A stretch of 64,000 nucleotides of DNA from Sandaracinaceae bacterium (GCA_044220955.1 JBGAQA010000026.1:1-64000); one strand, 5' to 3'. Counted from the stretch's first letter, positions 46,798-59,265 are shown. The notes: generated by a model from the sequence alone, not told the origin. Made by a program: numbers and translations.

Positions 46798-47442
46798 TCA
46801 GCGCTCCGGGTCGGCGATGGGCAGCCAGATCTCGTTGCGGCGCAGCGCCGGCATGGTGGTCGGCGGATCGTAGCGAGAGGACACGGGCGCGCCGCCCGGC
46901 GTGATGCCCTCGCGCTCGAGCGCTTCGCGCAGCTCGCTCGTGCGCTGCTCGACGATCTCGTCGCTCGTCGCGCCGCCGTACGTGAGCACCGCGATCGTGC
47001 GCGCCGGCACCTCGCGGAGCGTCACGAGCGCGTCGTCCGGCACGGGCAAGGACGCGAGCGTGCGCCCGGGCGGCATGACGAAGGTGACGACGCGCTCGCC
47101 GCCCTCGCTCGCGACCGTGACCGGCGCGGTCATCGCCAGCCGCTCGCTCTCGACCACGACGGGCGTCGTCATGGCGATCGACTCACGCCGCCGGTTGCCC
47201 CCGAAGATGTAGCCCGCGAGCCGGCGGAAGCCCGCGTCGCTCGCCGCGTCGAGCGAGCCGCTCACGCGCGTCTCGGCCACGACCATCGGCTCGTACCGCC
47301 GCAGCTCGATCGTCGGTCCGAGGCGCCGAGCCACGGTGAAGGACGGCTCCCGGACGAAGTGCCGGGCGCCCTGCCAGCGCGCGACGATCGCGCCGCCTGC
47401 GACCACGAGCGCACCGACGACGAGCTTCGCGGCGAGACGCAT
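46798..47442 (-). CDS. SOUL heme-binding protein
   Basis: ELRRYEP, GFRRLAGYIFGGN, IAMTTPV, FVMP, YDPP...RRNEIW. Confidence 0.93.
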   Translation of the reverse strand: MRLAAKLVVGALVVAGGAIVARWQGARHFVREPSFTVARRLGPTIELRRYEPMVVAETRVSGSLDAASDAGFRRLAGYIFGGNRRRESIAMTTPVVVESERLAMTAPVTVASEGGERVVTFVMPPGRTLASLPVPDDALVTLREVPARTIAVLTYGGATSDEIVEQRTSELREALEREGITPGGAPVSSRYDPPTTMPALRRNEIWLPIADPER

Positions 47443-47575
47443 ACGCGGTCTGTAGGACCCGAGAGCGCGATCGCAAGCGTGCGCGCGCTGCGCAAAGGCC
47501 TGCACAGCACGAGCACCATCGGTCCGACACCCGATGGCCGGCCCTACCGCATCGCGTCATGGTACGGATGCGCCG

Positions 47576-48199
47576 ATGGATCGATTGATCCTGGTGGAGG
47601 ATCATCCGCTCATGTTCGTGGGCCTGAGGCGGCTCGCGCGCGAGTCGCGGCTCACCGTCGTGGGCGAGGTCACGACCGTCGCGGACGCCGACGCCGTGCT
47701 CGCGCGCGAGCTCGCGCCGGGCGCGAGGCCGATGCTCGGCATCATCGACGTGCAGCTCCCGGACGGATCCGGGATCGACCTCGTGCGGCGCTGGGCCCCG
47801 CACGGGCTGCGCGCGGTGGTGCTCACGGGCGAGGTGAGCGCGGCGCGGGTCGGCGCCGCGCTCGGGGCCGGCGCGCTGGGCTTCGTCGCCAAGACCGCGC
47901 CCCCCGAGATCGTCGCCGAGGCGCTGGGCGCCGCCGCCCGGGGCGCCCAGTATCTCTGCGTCCGCGCGAGGGAGATCGTCGAGCAGCGCGCGGCCGATGC
48001 CTCGCTGACCGCCCGCGAGACGGAGGTCCTCGTGCTGGTCGCCTCGGGGCTCGCGAACAAGGAGATCGCCGAGCGCCTCGGGGTGGCCCCGCGCACCATC
48101 GAGACGCACCGCGAGCACCTCCTCGACAAGGTCGGCGCTCGCAACGCGGCCGACCTCACGCGCGAGGCGATCCGCCGGGGTCTCTTGCCGCGCCCCTGA
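47576..48199 (+). CDS. NarL/LuxR-family response regulator
   Basis: LVEDH, IDVQLPDGSG, LTARETEVL...GLANKEIAERLGVAPRTIETHR. Confidence 0.95.
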   Translation: MDRLILVEDHPLMFVGLRRLARESRLTVVGEVTTVADADAVLARELAPGARPMLGIIDVQLPDGSGIDLVRRWAPHGLRAVVLTGEVSAARVGAALGAGALGFVAKTAPPEIVAEALGAAARGAQYLCVRAREIVEQRAADASLTARETEVLVLVASGLANKEIAERLGVAPRTIETHREHLLDKVGARNAADLTREAIRRGLLPRP

Positions 48200-48295
48200 G
48201 CCCGCCGCGCGCGGGGCCCCGAGCTCCACCCGTGTCGGGTCGAGTCCCGATGACACCGCGGCGTCGCCGTGTGAGCTTTGCACCACGGTGGTGAG

Positions 48296-50683
<2,388 letters not shown>

Positions 50684-50826
50684 AGGGGCCGCGTATCGGC
50701 CCCGACAGACCGAGCAGCGCCGCCCGACGCCCACACTGCGCGCTCGACAGCCCGACTGGACGCGCGCAGCATCGATCACGGGATGGGCGGAGACGGGAAA
50801 GAGCTTCGAGGGCCGGGGGGCGGCTG

Positions 50827-51066
50827 GTGAGCCCACCGACGACGCGCGACGATCCACCCCCGGCGGCTCCCACGCGGCGCCGGTGGGAGGTGCTGTTGCC
50901 GCGGGAGGACGTCGCGCAGCTGCTCGCGGACCGTCGCCTCGGCGAGCTGCTCGCCCGGCTGGGCGAGGCGCGCGCGCGCTGGCCCCGCGACCTCGAGCTC
51001 CTGCGGAGCATCCGCGTCCTCGAGGACTACCTCCGCTCGCACCCGGAGCGTGACGATCGCCGGTAG
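50827..51066 (+). CDS. Small hypothetical protein
   Basis: Helical, protein-like ORF filling an otherwise empty gap. Confidence 0.5.
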   Translation: MSPPTTRDDPPPAAPTRRRWEVLLPREDVAQLLADRRLGELLARLGEARARWPRDLELLRSIRVLEDYLRSHPERDDRR

Positions 51067-51099
51067 CCGCGGATCGACGAACGCAGAGCGGCGCGGGGC

Positions 51100-52050
51100 T
51101 CACTCGGGCGCGTCGAGCGGCGTCACGGTCGCGCCGAGCCGTGCGACCGCGTCGCGCAGCTCGGGCTCGTAGGTCAGCGTCGGGTCGTTCAAGGCCGCCA
51201 GCAAGCGCGCCTTGCCCATCCGCGAGGTCGCGCGCGCGCGCAGCCCGGCGTGCTCGTCGAGCAGCGCGGCCTCGAAGAGGACGTGCCGCTGCCACGCGTA
51301 GTCCTTGTGCAGCCGTGTGCGCCCCTCGTGTGCGTACGTCGCGTCCGGGACGAGCCCCGCGTACTGCGCGACCACGCGCGGGCCCACCACGGCGAGCGCA
51401 CGGTCGACGTAGGTGCGCGCGAGGGCCAGCAGCGAGGCATCCGGCACGGCGCCAGGCCTGGGCTTCTTGACCTTGCGGAAGACGCACGCGTCCTTTCCCT
51501 CGAAGCGGAGGCGAAGCGCCCGCGCGGCGCGCGTGAGCGCGAGCAGGCGGAAGTCGTCCGGCGTTCCGTGGTCGTAGATCGAGCCCGTCAGCCGCAGATA
51601 CCCGGGCAGCGTCGCCTGCCCGAGGGCCTCGGCGAACCTCCGCTCGCCGGCCTCCGACTCGCCCAGCGCGAGCAAGCTCTCGGCGTAGTAGAGCTGCAAG
51701 AGCGCGTGCTCGCGCTCCGCCGTCATCGGCTCCCCGGTCCGGTCCCAAGGCACGGAGATCCACACCCCGACCGGCGTCGCCGGCCGCGCGGCGATCACGG
51801 GCGCGAGGAACGCGCGCGCCTCCGGGTAGGCATGACAGCTCCATGCGGCGCGTCCGCCCGTCGCGAGCGGGGAGAGCGCCGCCGGGTCGGTCTCGACGAG
51901 CGCGAGCAGCGGCGCCTCCACGTGCCCGAACATCGGGAAGAGCTTGGTCGTGCCGCCGGCGTTCGCGAACAGGCTCGCGAGCAGCCGGCACGCGTCGGGG
52001 TTTCCGGGAACCAGCGAGGGCGCGAGGCTCTTGGCGGTCGGGCTCGTCAC
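51100..52050 (-). CDS. Hypothetical protein
   Basis: 316-aa ORF with ordinary composition; no recognisable motif. Confidence 0.7.
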   Translation of the reverse strand: MTSPTAKSLAPSLVPGNPDACRLLASLFANAGGTTKLFPMFGHVEAPLLALVETDPAALSPLATGGRAAWSCHAYPEARAFLAPVIAARPATPVGVWISVPWDRTGEPMTAEREHALLQLYYAESLLALGESEAGERRFAEALGQATLPGYLRLTGSIYDHGTPDDFRLLALTRAARALRLRFEGKDACVFRKVKKPRPGAVPDASLLALARTYVDRALAVVGPRVVAQYAGLVPDATYAHEGRTRLHKDYAWQRHVLFEAALLDEHAGLRARATSRMGKARLLAALNDPTLTYEPELRDAVARLGATVTPLDAPE

Positions 52051-52130
52051 GCGCGGGAGAGTAGTCGATCCGGCCGGCGCGCTCCCGACGCGCCTGTACG
52101 CCGCGGCGGCCGCTCGGGTATCGTCCGGCG

Positions 52131-53465
52131 ATGGCTGGTCGCTTTCTCTACGGTGACTCCGAGCCGTTCCCCGGGGGCTACGACTTCCTCGCGGCGCTGC
52201 GCCTCTTCGTGCAGGCCTCGAGCAAGGCGCTCCTGCTCGCGCACGAGGCCGACGAGCTCGAGCGCTCGCTCGGCGAGCGCGCGCAGGAGCACCTTCACGC
52301 GATCGACGCGATCCAGACGTTCTTCTCGGGCGCCTCGGACCTGATCGTCGAGCGCGCGACCCGCTCCTCGGCGCCGCAGGTCGTCGGGCCCTACGCGAGC
52401 CAGCTCGCCGAGCACATCGAGTCGCTCGGCGCGCAGGCGCGGGCGGCCAGGGCCAAGGAGCTCGACGGCGCGTCCGTCGAGGTCACCTCCCGCATCCGCG
52501 AGAAGCGGGCGGAGATCCGCAAGGTCGTGGGCGAGTACCTGCTGGGCGATCCCTTGCCGATCGTGTCGTGGGCGCTTTCGCTCAGCCTCGCCGGCACGTC
52601 ACCCAACGGGCAGGCCGTGCTCGAGCACCCGGGCGAGCTCTCGACGAGCGTGTCGATCGACATCGGGCGCGACACGGCGTGGGCACGACCGCGGCGCATC
52701 GGCGACCTCGCGCCCGGCCTCACGATGCAGGTCGGCTTCAAGAAGGCCTTCCTGCGCAGCTCGGTGCAGCCCGACGTCGTCACGCTCGACGAGCTGGTGA
52801 TCGGCGCGATCGAGATCGGCCCCGACTCGCTCGATCTGCACCTGCGCCGCAAGCTCGACGCGCCGCGCGACGCGTTCGTGATCACCGTCGATCCGACGGA
52901 CGAGGGCCGCTCGATCGTGCGCGTCACGCGGATGGACGAGCGAGGCGGCGGCAACAGCGATGCGCCCTTCGAGTCGCAGGGCGAAGCGGCCGCGCGCATC
53001 CTGGAGCTGAACGCGGTGCTGCGGCGCGAGTGCGCGAGCCTGCTCCAGTACAAGCGTCGCCTGCTCTCGGCGCAGCTCGACGGACACGAGGTGTTCGAGC
53101 GCGGGCTCGTGCAGGTCCTGCTCGCGCGCATCGCCGACCGCCTCGCGCCCGTGGCGGCGGAGGTGTCGCGCCACAGCCCGAACCCGAGCGAGCTCTCGCT
53201 GAAGCTCGAGCGCGAGGGCGGGCGCAGAGAAGAGGTCTACCTGCGCAAGGCCGACCTCGTGCAGATGATCGGCGGCCTGCCGCCCGACGCGCAGCAGCTC
53301 TACGTGGGCCTGGCGTTCATGCCCCGCGCGAGCGCGCCGGCTCACGAGCCCGCCGTGGCGCCCCCGGCGCTCGCCCCTCTGCCGGCCTCCTCGGCACCCG
53401 CGAGCGTCCCGCCCGCGGCCGTTCGCCCGAGCGCGGCCCCGCCCGCTCCGAAGCGCAAGTGGTGA
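52131..53465 (+). CDS. Hypothetical protein (helical N-terminus, Pro/Ala tail)
   Basis: 444-aa ORF with ordinary composition; 10 bp from the next gene. Confidence 0.8.
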   Translation: MAGRFLYGDSEPFPGGYDFLAALRLFVQASSKALLLAHEADELERSLGERAQEHLHAIDAIQTFFSGASDLIVERATRSSAPQVVGPYASQLAEHIESLGAQARAARAKELDGASVEVTSRIREKRAEIRKVVGEYLLGDPLPIVSWALSLSLAGTSPNGQAVLEHPGELSTSVSIDIGRDTAWARPRRIGDLAPGLTMQVGFKKAFLRSSVQPDVVTLDELVIGAIEIGPDSLDLHLRRKLDAPRDAFVITVDPTDEGRSIVRVTRMDERGGGNSDAPFESQGEAAARILELNAVLRRECASLLQYKRRLLSAQLDGHEVFERGLVQVLLARIADRLAPVAAEVSRHSPNPSELSLKLEREGGRREEVYLRKADLVQMIGGLPPDAQQLYVGLAFMPRASAPAHEPAVAPPALAPLPASSAPASVPPAAVRPSAAPPAPKRKW

Positions 53466-53475
53466 GGGGCCTGCC

Positions 53476-54057
53476 ATGCTCTTCGTGAAGAAGGCCGCGC
53501 TGCGCCCGGTCCCGCGGTGGGCGGTGGTGGACGACGTCGCGGTCGGCGCCGTCGAGGCCACGCTCGGCGACGAGAGCGATCAGCTCCAGGAGACGCTCGA
53601 CGCCTCCTACCGCGAGATGGATCGCAAGCAGCCTGCGCTCGCGACGTGGCTCGGCGGCGAGGTGTCGGGGCGCAGCGACGACCTCGCGCAGTCGCTCGGA
53701 TACTTCCTGATCGTGACGGTCTACATGGCGTTCCGCGAGGCGTTCCCCACGCGCCTCGGCGAGGTGACCGAGGCCGAGCTGACCGAGGCGCGCGCGATGC
53801 TCGACGCCGACGAGGAGCTCCGCAAGGGTGACCCCGCGGAGATGATGGAGAGCGACGACGTGGTCGCGATGACGCAGCCGACCCTGCTCCACTTCGTGCA
53901 GCACCACCTCGACCAGGCGCTCGATCAGGCGGGAGAGGCCGCGGACCTGCGCGCGTTCGATCAGGTGTATCGCGCGGTGCTCGTCGAGGTGATCGCGCTC
54001 AGCCACGTCGTCTCGCCGCCCGAGGGCGAGCCCCCGGCGAAGGAGAGCCTCGACTGA
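53476..54057 (+). CDS. Hypothetical acidic helical protein
   Basis: 193-aa ORF with RBS-like GAGGGG. Confidence 0.8.
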   Translation: MLFVKKAALRPVPRWAVVDDVAVGAVEATLGDESDQLQETLDASYREMDRKQPALATWLGGEVSGRSDDLAQSLGYFLIVTVYMAFREAFPTRLGEVTEAELTEARAMLDADEELRKGDPAEMMESDDVVAMTQPTLLHFVQHHLDQALDQAGEAADLRAFDQVYRAVLVEVIALSHVVSPPEGEPPAKESLD

Positions 54058-54079
54058 AGGCGCGACGCCCTCCGTCGCA

Positions 54080-54967
54080 TCAGGCCGTGCCGCCGGTCTC
54101 GAAGCTGCCGCCCGGGCCACGCTCCAGCTCCGCGATGACCTGCGCGCCGAAGAGCACGATGATCGCGGCGAGCTCGAGCGAGAGCAGCACGATCACGGTG
54201 GTCGCGAGCGAGCCGTAGACCACGTTGATCATCGAGAGCCGCGCGAGGTACCAGACGAGGATCGAGCGCGTGATCTCCCAGAGCGCGGTCGCCGTGACGC
54301 CGCCCGCGAGCGCGTGGCGGAGCCTGAGCCGTCCGACCGGGAGCACGAGGTAGAGCGCCGTGAGCAGGAGCGCCAGCCCGACGAAGCCGACGCCGTGCAG
54401 CACGAGCCGCGACACGCCGGCGAGCGGGAACGCGTGCCCGAGCACCACCACGACGTCGCGCCCGACGACGTCGAGCGCGCCGCTGATCAGCGTCACCACG
54501 AGCAGGCCGATGCCGAGGGCCGCGACGAAGAGGTAGGGCAGGACTCCCGAGACGAGCGCGTGCCGGTGCTGCTTCTCCACGCGGTGGAAGAAGATCACCG
54601 ACATCGCGCTCTCGAGCACCGAGAACGCCGTGCCCGAGAAGAAGAGGAGCACGAGCCCGCCGACGATCCCGACGACCGGCCGGTGCGCGAGGAACGCCCC
54701 GACCTGCGCCGTGACGGCGTCGGCCTGGCCGGGCAGGACGAGATCGAGGTTCTCGCGCACGGTCGCGAGCAGCCGCGCCTGATCCATGAACTGCGAGAGC
54801 CCGACGAGGAGCACGACGAAGAGGGGCACCAGCGAGATCAGCGTGTAGTACGCGACCGCGCCCGCGAGCAGCAGGCCCTGGTTGCGCCGGAACGCGGTGA
54901 CGGAGCGGCCGAGCACGCCGAGGCCGCGCCGGGCGAGCTCGAGCGGCTGGATCCGGGGTGACGACAT
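54080..54967 (-). CDS. YihY/virulence factor BrkB family membrane protein
   Basis: AGAVAYYTLISLVP, VYGSLATTVIVLL, IVLFGAQ. Confidence 0.92.
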   Translation of the reverse strand: MSSPRIQPLELARRGLGVLGRSVTAFRRNQGLLLAGAVAYYTLISLVPLFVVLLVGLSQFMDQARLLATVRENLDLVLPGQADAVTAQVGAFLAHRPVVGIVGGLVLLFFSGTAFSVLESAMSVIFFHRVEKQHRHALVSGVLPYLFVAALGIGLLVVTLISGALDVVGRDVVVVLGHAFPLAGVSRLVLHGVGFVGLALLLTALYLVLPVGRLRLRHALAGGVTATALWEITRSILVWYLARLSMINVVYGSLATTVIVLLSLELAAIIVLFGAQVIAELERGPGGSFETGGTA

Positions 54968-55020
54968 CGCGGGCCCTCGGTGCCTACGCACGGCGGCCGA
55001 GCCCGGCAGGGGCGTCGTCG

Positions 55021-55791
55021 CTAGGGCTCGGTGCGGCGCTTGCGCTCGCGCGGCGTCTCGCTCTCGCTCTCGCCATCGCTCTCGCTCTCGCCCTCGCTCT
55101 CGCTCTGCACCCGCGTCTTCGGAGGCGCAGGCACGAGGTCGTGGAACACGAAGTGGAGCGCGCCGACGCTCTCGTCGACCTCGGCGGTGATCCTGGTCCC
55201 GTCGCTCATGCGCGTGAGCGCCTCGTCGGCGAGCTTGGCCGGGATGCGCAGCGCCGTGGCGACGTCGTCCGCGGTGAGATCCCCGTGGCGCTTGGCCGCC
55301 AGGGCGAGGATGCGCTGATCGAGCGCCCGGTTGCGCTGGCGCTCCAGCTCGCGCGTGCGCGCGCGGCCTGCTCCGATCAGCGCCGCCCCGCCGCCGACCC
55401 CGACGATCGCCGCCGCCAACGCGACGACGAGCCCGACGCCGGACGCGCCGAGGAGCGCGAGCGACGCGGCCGCGATGCCGAGGCCCGCGAACGCCCAGAA
55501 CGCTCCGAGGCCGCCGAGCGGACCGGCGCGCGGATCGGCCGCCGGCGCGAGCGGCACCAGGGAGGTGCGCGCGTCCGGCTCGCCGAGGACGGTCGTCTGG
55601 GGCAGCCGGTCCCGCGGCTTGCCGCAGGCAAGGCATGCGAAGCCAGCGCCGACCGGCCGCACGGCGGCGATCGCGTTGCAGTGCGGGCACCGGTTGTCGT
55701 CGCCGAACACCCGTCCGCAGCCGGGGCAGCGCACGGCGCCCTCGGGGATCGCCGTACTGCACGTCGGGCACTTGTCGGGGATGCCGTCCAT
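55021..55791 (-). CDS. Zinc-ribbon membrane protein
   Basis: Four CxxC motifs, two TM helices, cytoplasmic domain, (ES/EG)n tail. Confidence 0.8.
   Translation of the reverse strand: MDGIPDKCPTCSTAIPEGAVRCPGCGRVFGDDNRCPHCNAIAAVRPVGAGFACLACGKPRDRLPQTTVLGEPDARTSLVPLAPAADPRAGPLGGLGAFWAFAGLGIAAASLALLGASGVGLVVALAAAIVGVGGGAALIGAGRARTRELERQRNRALDQRILALAAKRHGDLTADDVATALRIPAKLADEALTRMSDGTRITAEVDESVGALHFVFHDLVPAPPKTRVQSESEGESESDGESESETPRERKRRTEP
55057..55104. repeat. Hexamer repeat (CTCGC[C/T]) inside a CDS
   Basis: 8 units; same unit as 35343-35490; encodes SESEGESESDGESESE. Confidence 0.85.
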
Positions 55792-55904
55792 CGACGGCTA
55801 GCGCTCCGACCCGACCGAGGGCGCGGGCGTGCCGCCCCCCTCCCCGGCCCCCTCGGCCCCGCGCCGCGACGGTGATCGCATCGACACTCCTGCGCCGCGG
55901 CGCT

Positions 55905-56447
55905 TCAGCGCACGACGACGCTCGTCGCCTCGATCGAGAGCTCGTCCGCGGTTGCGAGCGCACCCTCGCTCGCGAGGTGCGCGCGGGCCTCGGGCGAGAG
56001 CGGCGTGACGCGCACCCGCCCCTCGACGGTGGCGTCGTGCCCGGCGACGTCGCGGGGAAGGAAGAAGGAGTGGCCGGCCATCGGGACACGCACCGCGCCC
56101 GCGCCGTCCGCGCTCAGCTCCATCCAGCAGCCCATCCGCTGGCAGACGCGCTCGATGCGGCCCGCGGTGCGCACGGTCTGCCCCTCGAAGGTGGCAGGCG
56201 AGCCCGCGATGTCGGCGAGCGCGGTCTCCGGGCGATCGCTCGGCGCGGCTCCGAACTGCCGCGAGCCGTCCGCGAGCACGGCCGAGGGCTGCGGGCCGTC
56301 CAGGACCTCCGGCTCGGCGCTCGCCTCTTCGTGGTGCTCGCACGCGCCGGCGCACTGGGCATGCTGCTCGTGCGCCGTCCCCTCGAGCGTCGGCTGCTCG
56401 CCGCCGCACGCCACCAGGACCAGCAGCACCCACCACGACTCACGCAT
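55905..56447 (-). CDS. DUF4920-like lipoprotein
   Basis: LVAC; His-rich linker; VCQRMGCWM; FFLPRD; HLASE. Confidence 0.82.
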   Translation of the reverse strand: MRESWWVLLVLVACGGEQPTLEGTAHEQHAQCAGACEHHEEASAEPEVLDGPQPSAVLADGSRQFGAAPSDRPETALADIAGSPATFEGQTVRTAGRIERVCQRMGCWMELSADGAGAVRVPMAGHSFFLPRDVAGHDATVEGRVRVTPLSPEARAHLASEGALATADELSIEATSVVVR

Positions 56448-56850
56448 CGGACACTCCCAGCAGCTTGTTCATCGACACCTCGTCGGCGGGCGTGAACGGA
56501 TACGCATCGAACTCGGACGAGGTCACCCAGCGAAACGAGTGCACGGCGAGGCACTCGGGCTCACCGTGCACGATGCGGCAGGCGTAGACGTTCAGGTCGA
56601 CCGTGTAGTGCTCGTACGCGTGCGGCTCGGCCGACACCAGCTCGCCCACCTCGACCCGGACCCCGAGCCGTTCGGTCAGCTCACGTGCCAGGGCGCGCGC
56701 GTCGGTCTCGCCGGCCTCGACCTTGCCGCCCGGGAACTCCCAGAGGAGCGGCAGCACCGCGTTCGGGCGGCGCTGGGTGATGAGGTAGCGCCCCCCCTGC
56801 TCGATGATGGCCGCGACGACGCGGATGGTGCGCTGCTGCGTGGGCGACAC
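56440..56850 (-). CDS. NUDIX hydrolase (MutT/NudG-like)
   Basis: WEFPGGKVEAGETDARALARELTERLG Nudix box; FTPAD; GAGGAG RBS. Confidence 0.92.
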   Translation of the reverse strand: MSPTQQRTIRVVAAIIEQGGRYLITQRRPNAVLPLLWEFPGGKVEAGETDARALARELTERLGVRVEVGELVSAEPHAYEHYTVDLNVYACRIVHGEPECLAVHSFRWVTSSEFDAYPFTPADEVSMNKLLGVSDA

Positions 56851-56898
56851 GAGGCTCCTCGGAAACGGCGCGGTATACCACTTCTGTCGGCACCCTTC

Positions 56899-57816
56899 AT
56901 GCGCACCCGCATCGCCTACTTCGGGCTCCCGCTGGGGGCGAACGTCCTGTGCCACGCGGGCGCCGAGCTCGTCTCGGTCGCGCTCGGCCACCCGGACGCC
57001 GTCGGCGCGCGCCGCCTCCGTCGCTCGACGCGCGGGCGGCTGCTCCTCGGTCGTCCCTCGCTCGACGACGAGACGATCGTGCGCGCCATCGCCTCGACCG
57101 AGCCCGACGTGATCCTCTCCTGGTTCTGGCCCAGGCGCATCCCGGCGCGCGTGCTCGCCCTCGCGCCGCGCGGCGCGTTCGGCGTGCATCCCTCGCTCTT
57201 GCCGCGCCATCGCGGCGGCGACCCGTACTTCCACGCCATCCTCGCGGGGGACGCCGAGACGGGCGTGACCTTGCACCGGCTCGAGGCCGCGTACGACACG
57301 GGCGCCGTCGTCGACGCGATCCGCGTGCCGATCCGGCCGACCGACGACGCGTGGCGGCTCGCGCGACGCTTGGATCGCCCGTCCCTGCGCCTCTTGATCT
57401 CGTGCGCCGAGCGGCTCGCGCGCGGCGAGGCGCTCCGCGGCGCGCCGCAAGACGAGGCCCTCGCGACGGCGGCCGAGCCCCCGAGCGAGGACGACCTCGC
57501 GATCGACTGGGATCGCGACGCGGCGTACCTGGAGCGGCTCTGTCGCGCGGCCGGGCCGACACCCGGGGCGATCGCCCAGCTCGGCGACACGCTCGTGGCC
57601 GTCCTCGCGGCGCGCCCGATCGCCGCCGCGCCGCGGGTGCTCGAGCCCGGCGAGGCGTTCTTCGTCGAGGGCCGGGTGCGCGTGCGCACCGGCGACGGCG
57701 GCGCGCTCGCGATCGATCGGGTCCGCGTCGAGGAGACCGAGGACGAAGCGATCGGAGCGAGCGTCGGCCGCGAGCTAGGGGGCGACGAGATCGCGCGCCT
57801 CGTGCCGCGGTCGTGA
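56899..57816 (+). CDS. Formyltransferase (Fmt/ArnA-like)
   Basis: HPSLLPRHRGGDP, ETGVTLH, DTG, IDW. Confidence 0.88.
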   Translation: MRTRIAYFGLPLGANVLCHAGAELVSVALGHPDAVGARRLRRSTRGRLLLGRPSLDDETIVRAIASTEPDVILSWFWPRRIPARVLALAPRGAFGVHPSLLPRHRGGDPYFHAILAGDAETGVTLHRLEAAYDTGAVVDAIRVPIRPTDDAWRLARRLDRPSLRLLISCAERLARGEALRGAPQDEALATAAEPPSEDDLAIDWDRDAAYLERLCRAAGPTPGAIAQLGDTLVAVLAARPIAAAPRVLEPGEAFFVEGRVRVRTGDGGALAIDRVRVEETEDEAIGASVGRELGGDEIARLVPRS

Positions 57817-57911
57817 CGAGGCGCAAGACCGCGCCGATGGAGGGCGTGGACGTCACGCGATCGACGAATCGCGCACCTGCCCGCCGGATCGGCGTCGTTT
57901 CGAGCACTTGC

Positions 57912-57986
57912 GACCCCGTGGAGTGACCCCGTGCTGGGACCCCGTGCTGAGGCCGGGGGACGGAACATCGCTGACCCCCGTACGTC
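57912..57986 (+). promoter_or_regulatory. Three direct repeats plus ECF-sigma-like promoter
   Basis: GACCCCGTG at 57912, 57925, 57938 (13-bp period); GGAAC-N16-CGTC at 57962-57986. Confidence 0.5.
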
Positions 57987-57995
57987 AGGTAGGCG

Positions 57996-59114
57996 ATGCG
58001 CGCGTCCATCCTGGTCCTGCTGACGCTCGTCGGGCTCCCCGGGGCGGCCCACGCCGACGCGCGCGCGATGGTCGTGGCACGAGGGGCGGACGGGACGTGG
58101 TCGAGCGCGCCGGTGCAAGCCAGCCTGGGGCAGGACGTGCCCCTCTCGGTCGCCGTGCTCGACGGGGATCGGCTCCTCGCGCCGGGGCCGGTGCGGCTCG
58201 GCCGCCGCACGCGACGTGCAGGCGCGCTGCCCGACGGCACGACCGTTCGCTGGCTGCGAGTCGAGCCCCGCCTCTTCCACACGCACACGCCGCCACCGAA
58301 CCCCGGCATCGAGTCCTTCAGCAACGCCGTGCTGACGGGCCCACGCCACGGCGCCTGGCTGGGCTACGACACGCTCGAGTACGACACGCGGCTGCTCGCG
58401 GAGAGCACGGACGTGGTCGTCGAGGACACGCGCGTGCGGATCGCGGCGGCGCACCCGAGCGCGGGCGCGCAGGACGTGCACGGCGGCGCGGGGTCGATCT
58501 GGATCGCGGCCGTCGTGACCCTGCCCGACGGGCGGGTCCTCGCCACGCCGGACGGCACGAGCGTCGATCGCTACGGCCTGACGCGCGACGTGATGCGCGT
58601 CTCGTTCCGCACGGGCGACGACTACCTCGGCTGGCTCTCGACCTACTTCAACGTCCCCAACCTCTTCGGCTCGAGCGGCGGCCGCGGCGAGCACCAGACC
58701 GACCGCTACGTCGGGGCCGACTGTGCCGACGTGCTGGTCGGCGGGCGCCGCGCGATGGGGGCGCGCTTCCCGTACGCGTCCGTGGCCGGGATCGGGACGT
58801 ACGCGACGCCCCGCACCGACGCGTTCGAGCAGCGCGAGGACGGCAGCGAGTCGATCGCGCTGCGCTGGGGCGCGGACGTGACGCCAGGGGACCTCGTCAC
58901 CATCGACTACGAGAACCCGGGCGACGGCGCCGCGCTGCCCCGCGCGTGGGATCACATCGGCGCGCTCGTCCGGGACGACGACGGCGACGGCGTGCTGAGC
59001 AGCGGCGACGTGCTGCGGCACATGGGGTTTCTCGGCCTGACGGATCAGCCCCTGCGCGTGCATGGCCACGTGCGCCTGCGCGTCTACCGGTGGAGAGCCT
59101 CCCCGCGGCGGTGA
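57996..59114 (+). CDS. Exported protein with putative NlpC/P60-like Cys-His domain
   Basis: Signal AHA-D; GADCADVLV and WDHIG; DDDGDG motif. Confidence 0.7.
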   Translation: MRASILVLLTLVGLPGAAHADARAMVVARGADGTWSSAPVQASLGQDVPLSVAVLDGDRLLAPGPVRLGRRTRRAGALPDGTTVRWLRVEPRLFHTHTPPPNPGIESFSNAVLTGPRHGAWLGYDTLEYDTRLLAESTDVVVEDTRVRIAAAHPSAGAQDVHGGAGSIWIAAVVTLPDGRVLATPDGTSVDRYGLTRDVMRVSFRTGDDYLGWLSTYFNVPNLFGSSGGRGEHQTDRYVGADCADVLVGGRRAMGARFPYASVAGIGTYATPRTDAFEQREDGSESIALRWGADVTPGDLVTIDYENPGDGAALPRAWDHIGALVRDDDGDGVLSSGDVLRHMGFLGLTDQPLRVHGHVRLRVYRWRASPRR

Positions 59115-59207
59115 GCCCGCGCGCTCGCGCGATCGCGTTTCGCTGCGCCCGCGCACGCCACCCCGCCGAAATCCCTCGTGTTCGCGGGCCGGGCGTCGCG
59201 GCCCCGG

Positions 59208-59236
59208 TTGACCTCGGCCGCGAGGCCCGATAGAGG
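59208..59236 (+). promoter_or_regulatory. Possible sigma70 promoter of purH
   Basis: TTGACC-N17-TAGAGG, then GGGAGG RBS. Confidence 0.4.
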
Positions 59237-59265
59237 CCGCCTCGCATCGCACCCGGGAGGTCGTC

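Noticed and set aside
59115..59265. ZTP (pfl) riboswitch upstream of purH
   Set aside because: I could not find the conserved GACUGGCG and CGCCUGGG elements by eye; an Infernal scan would settle it.
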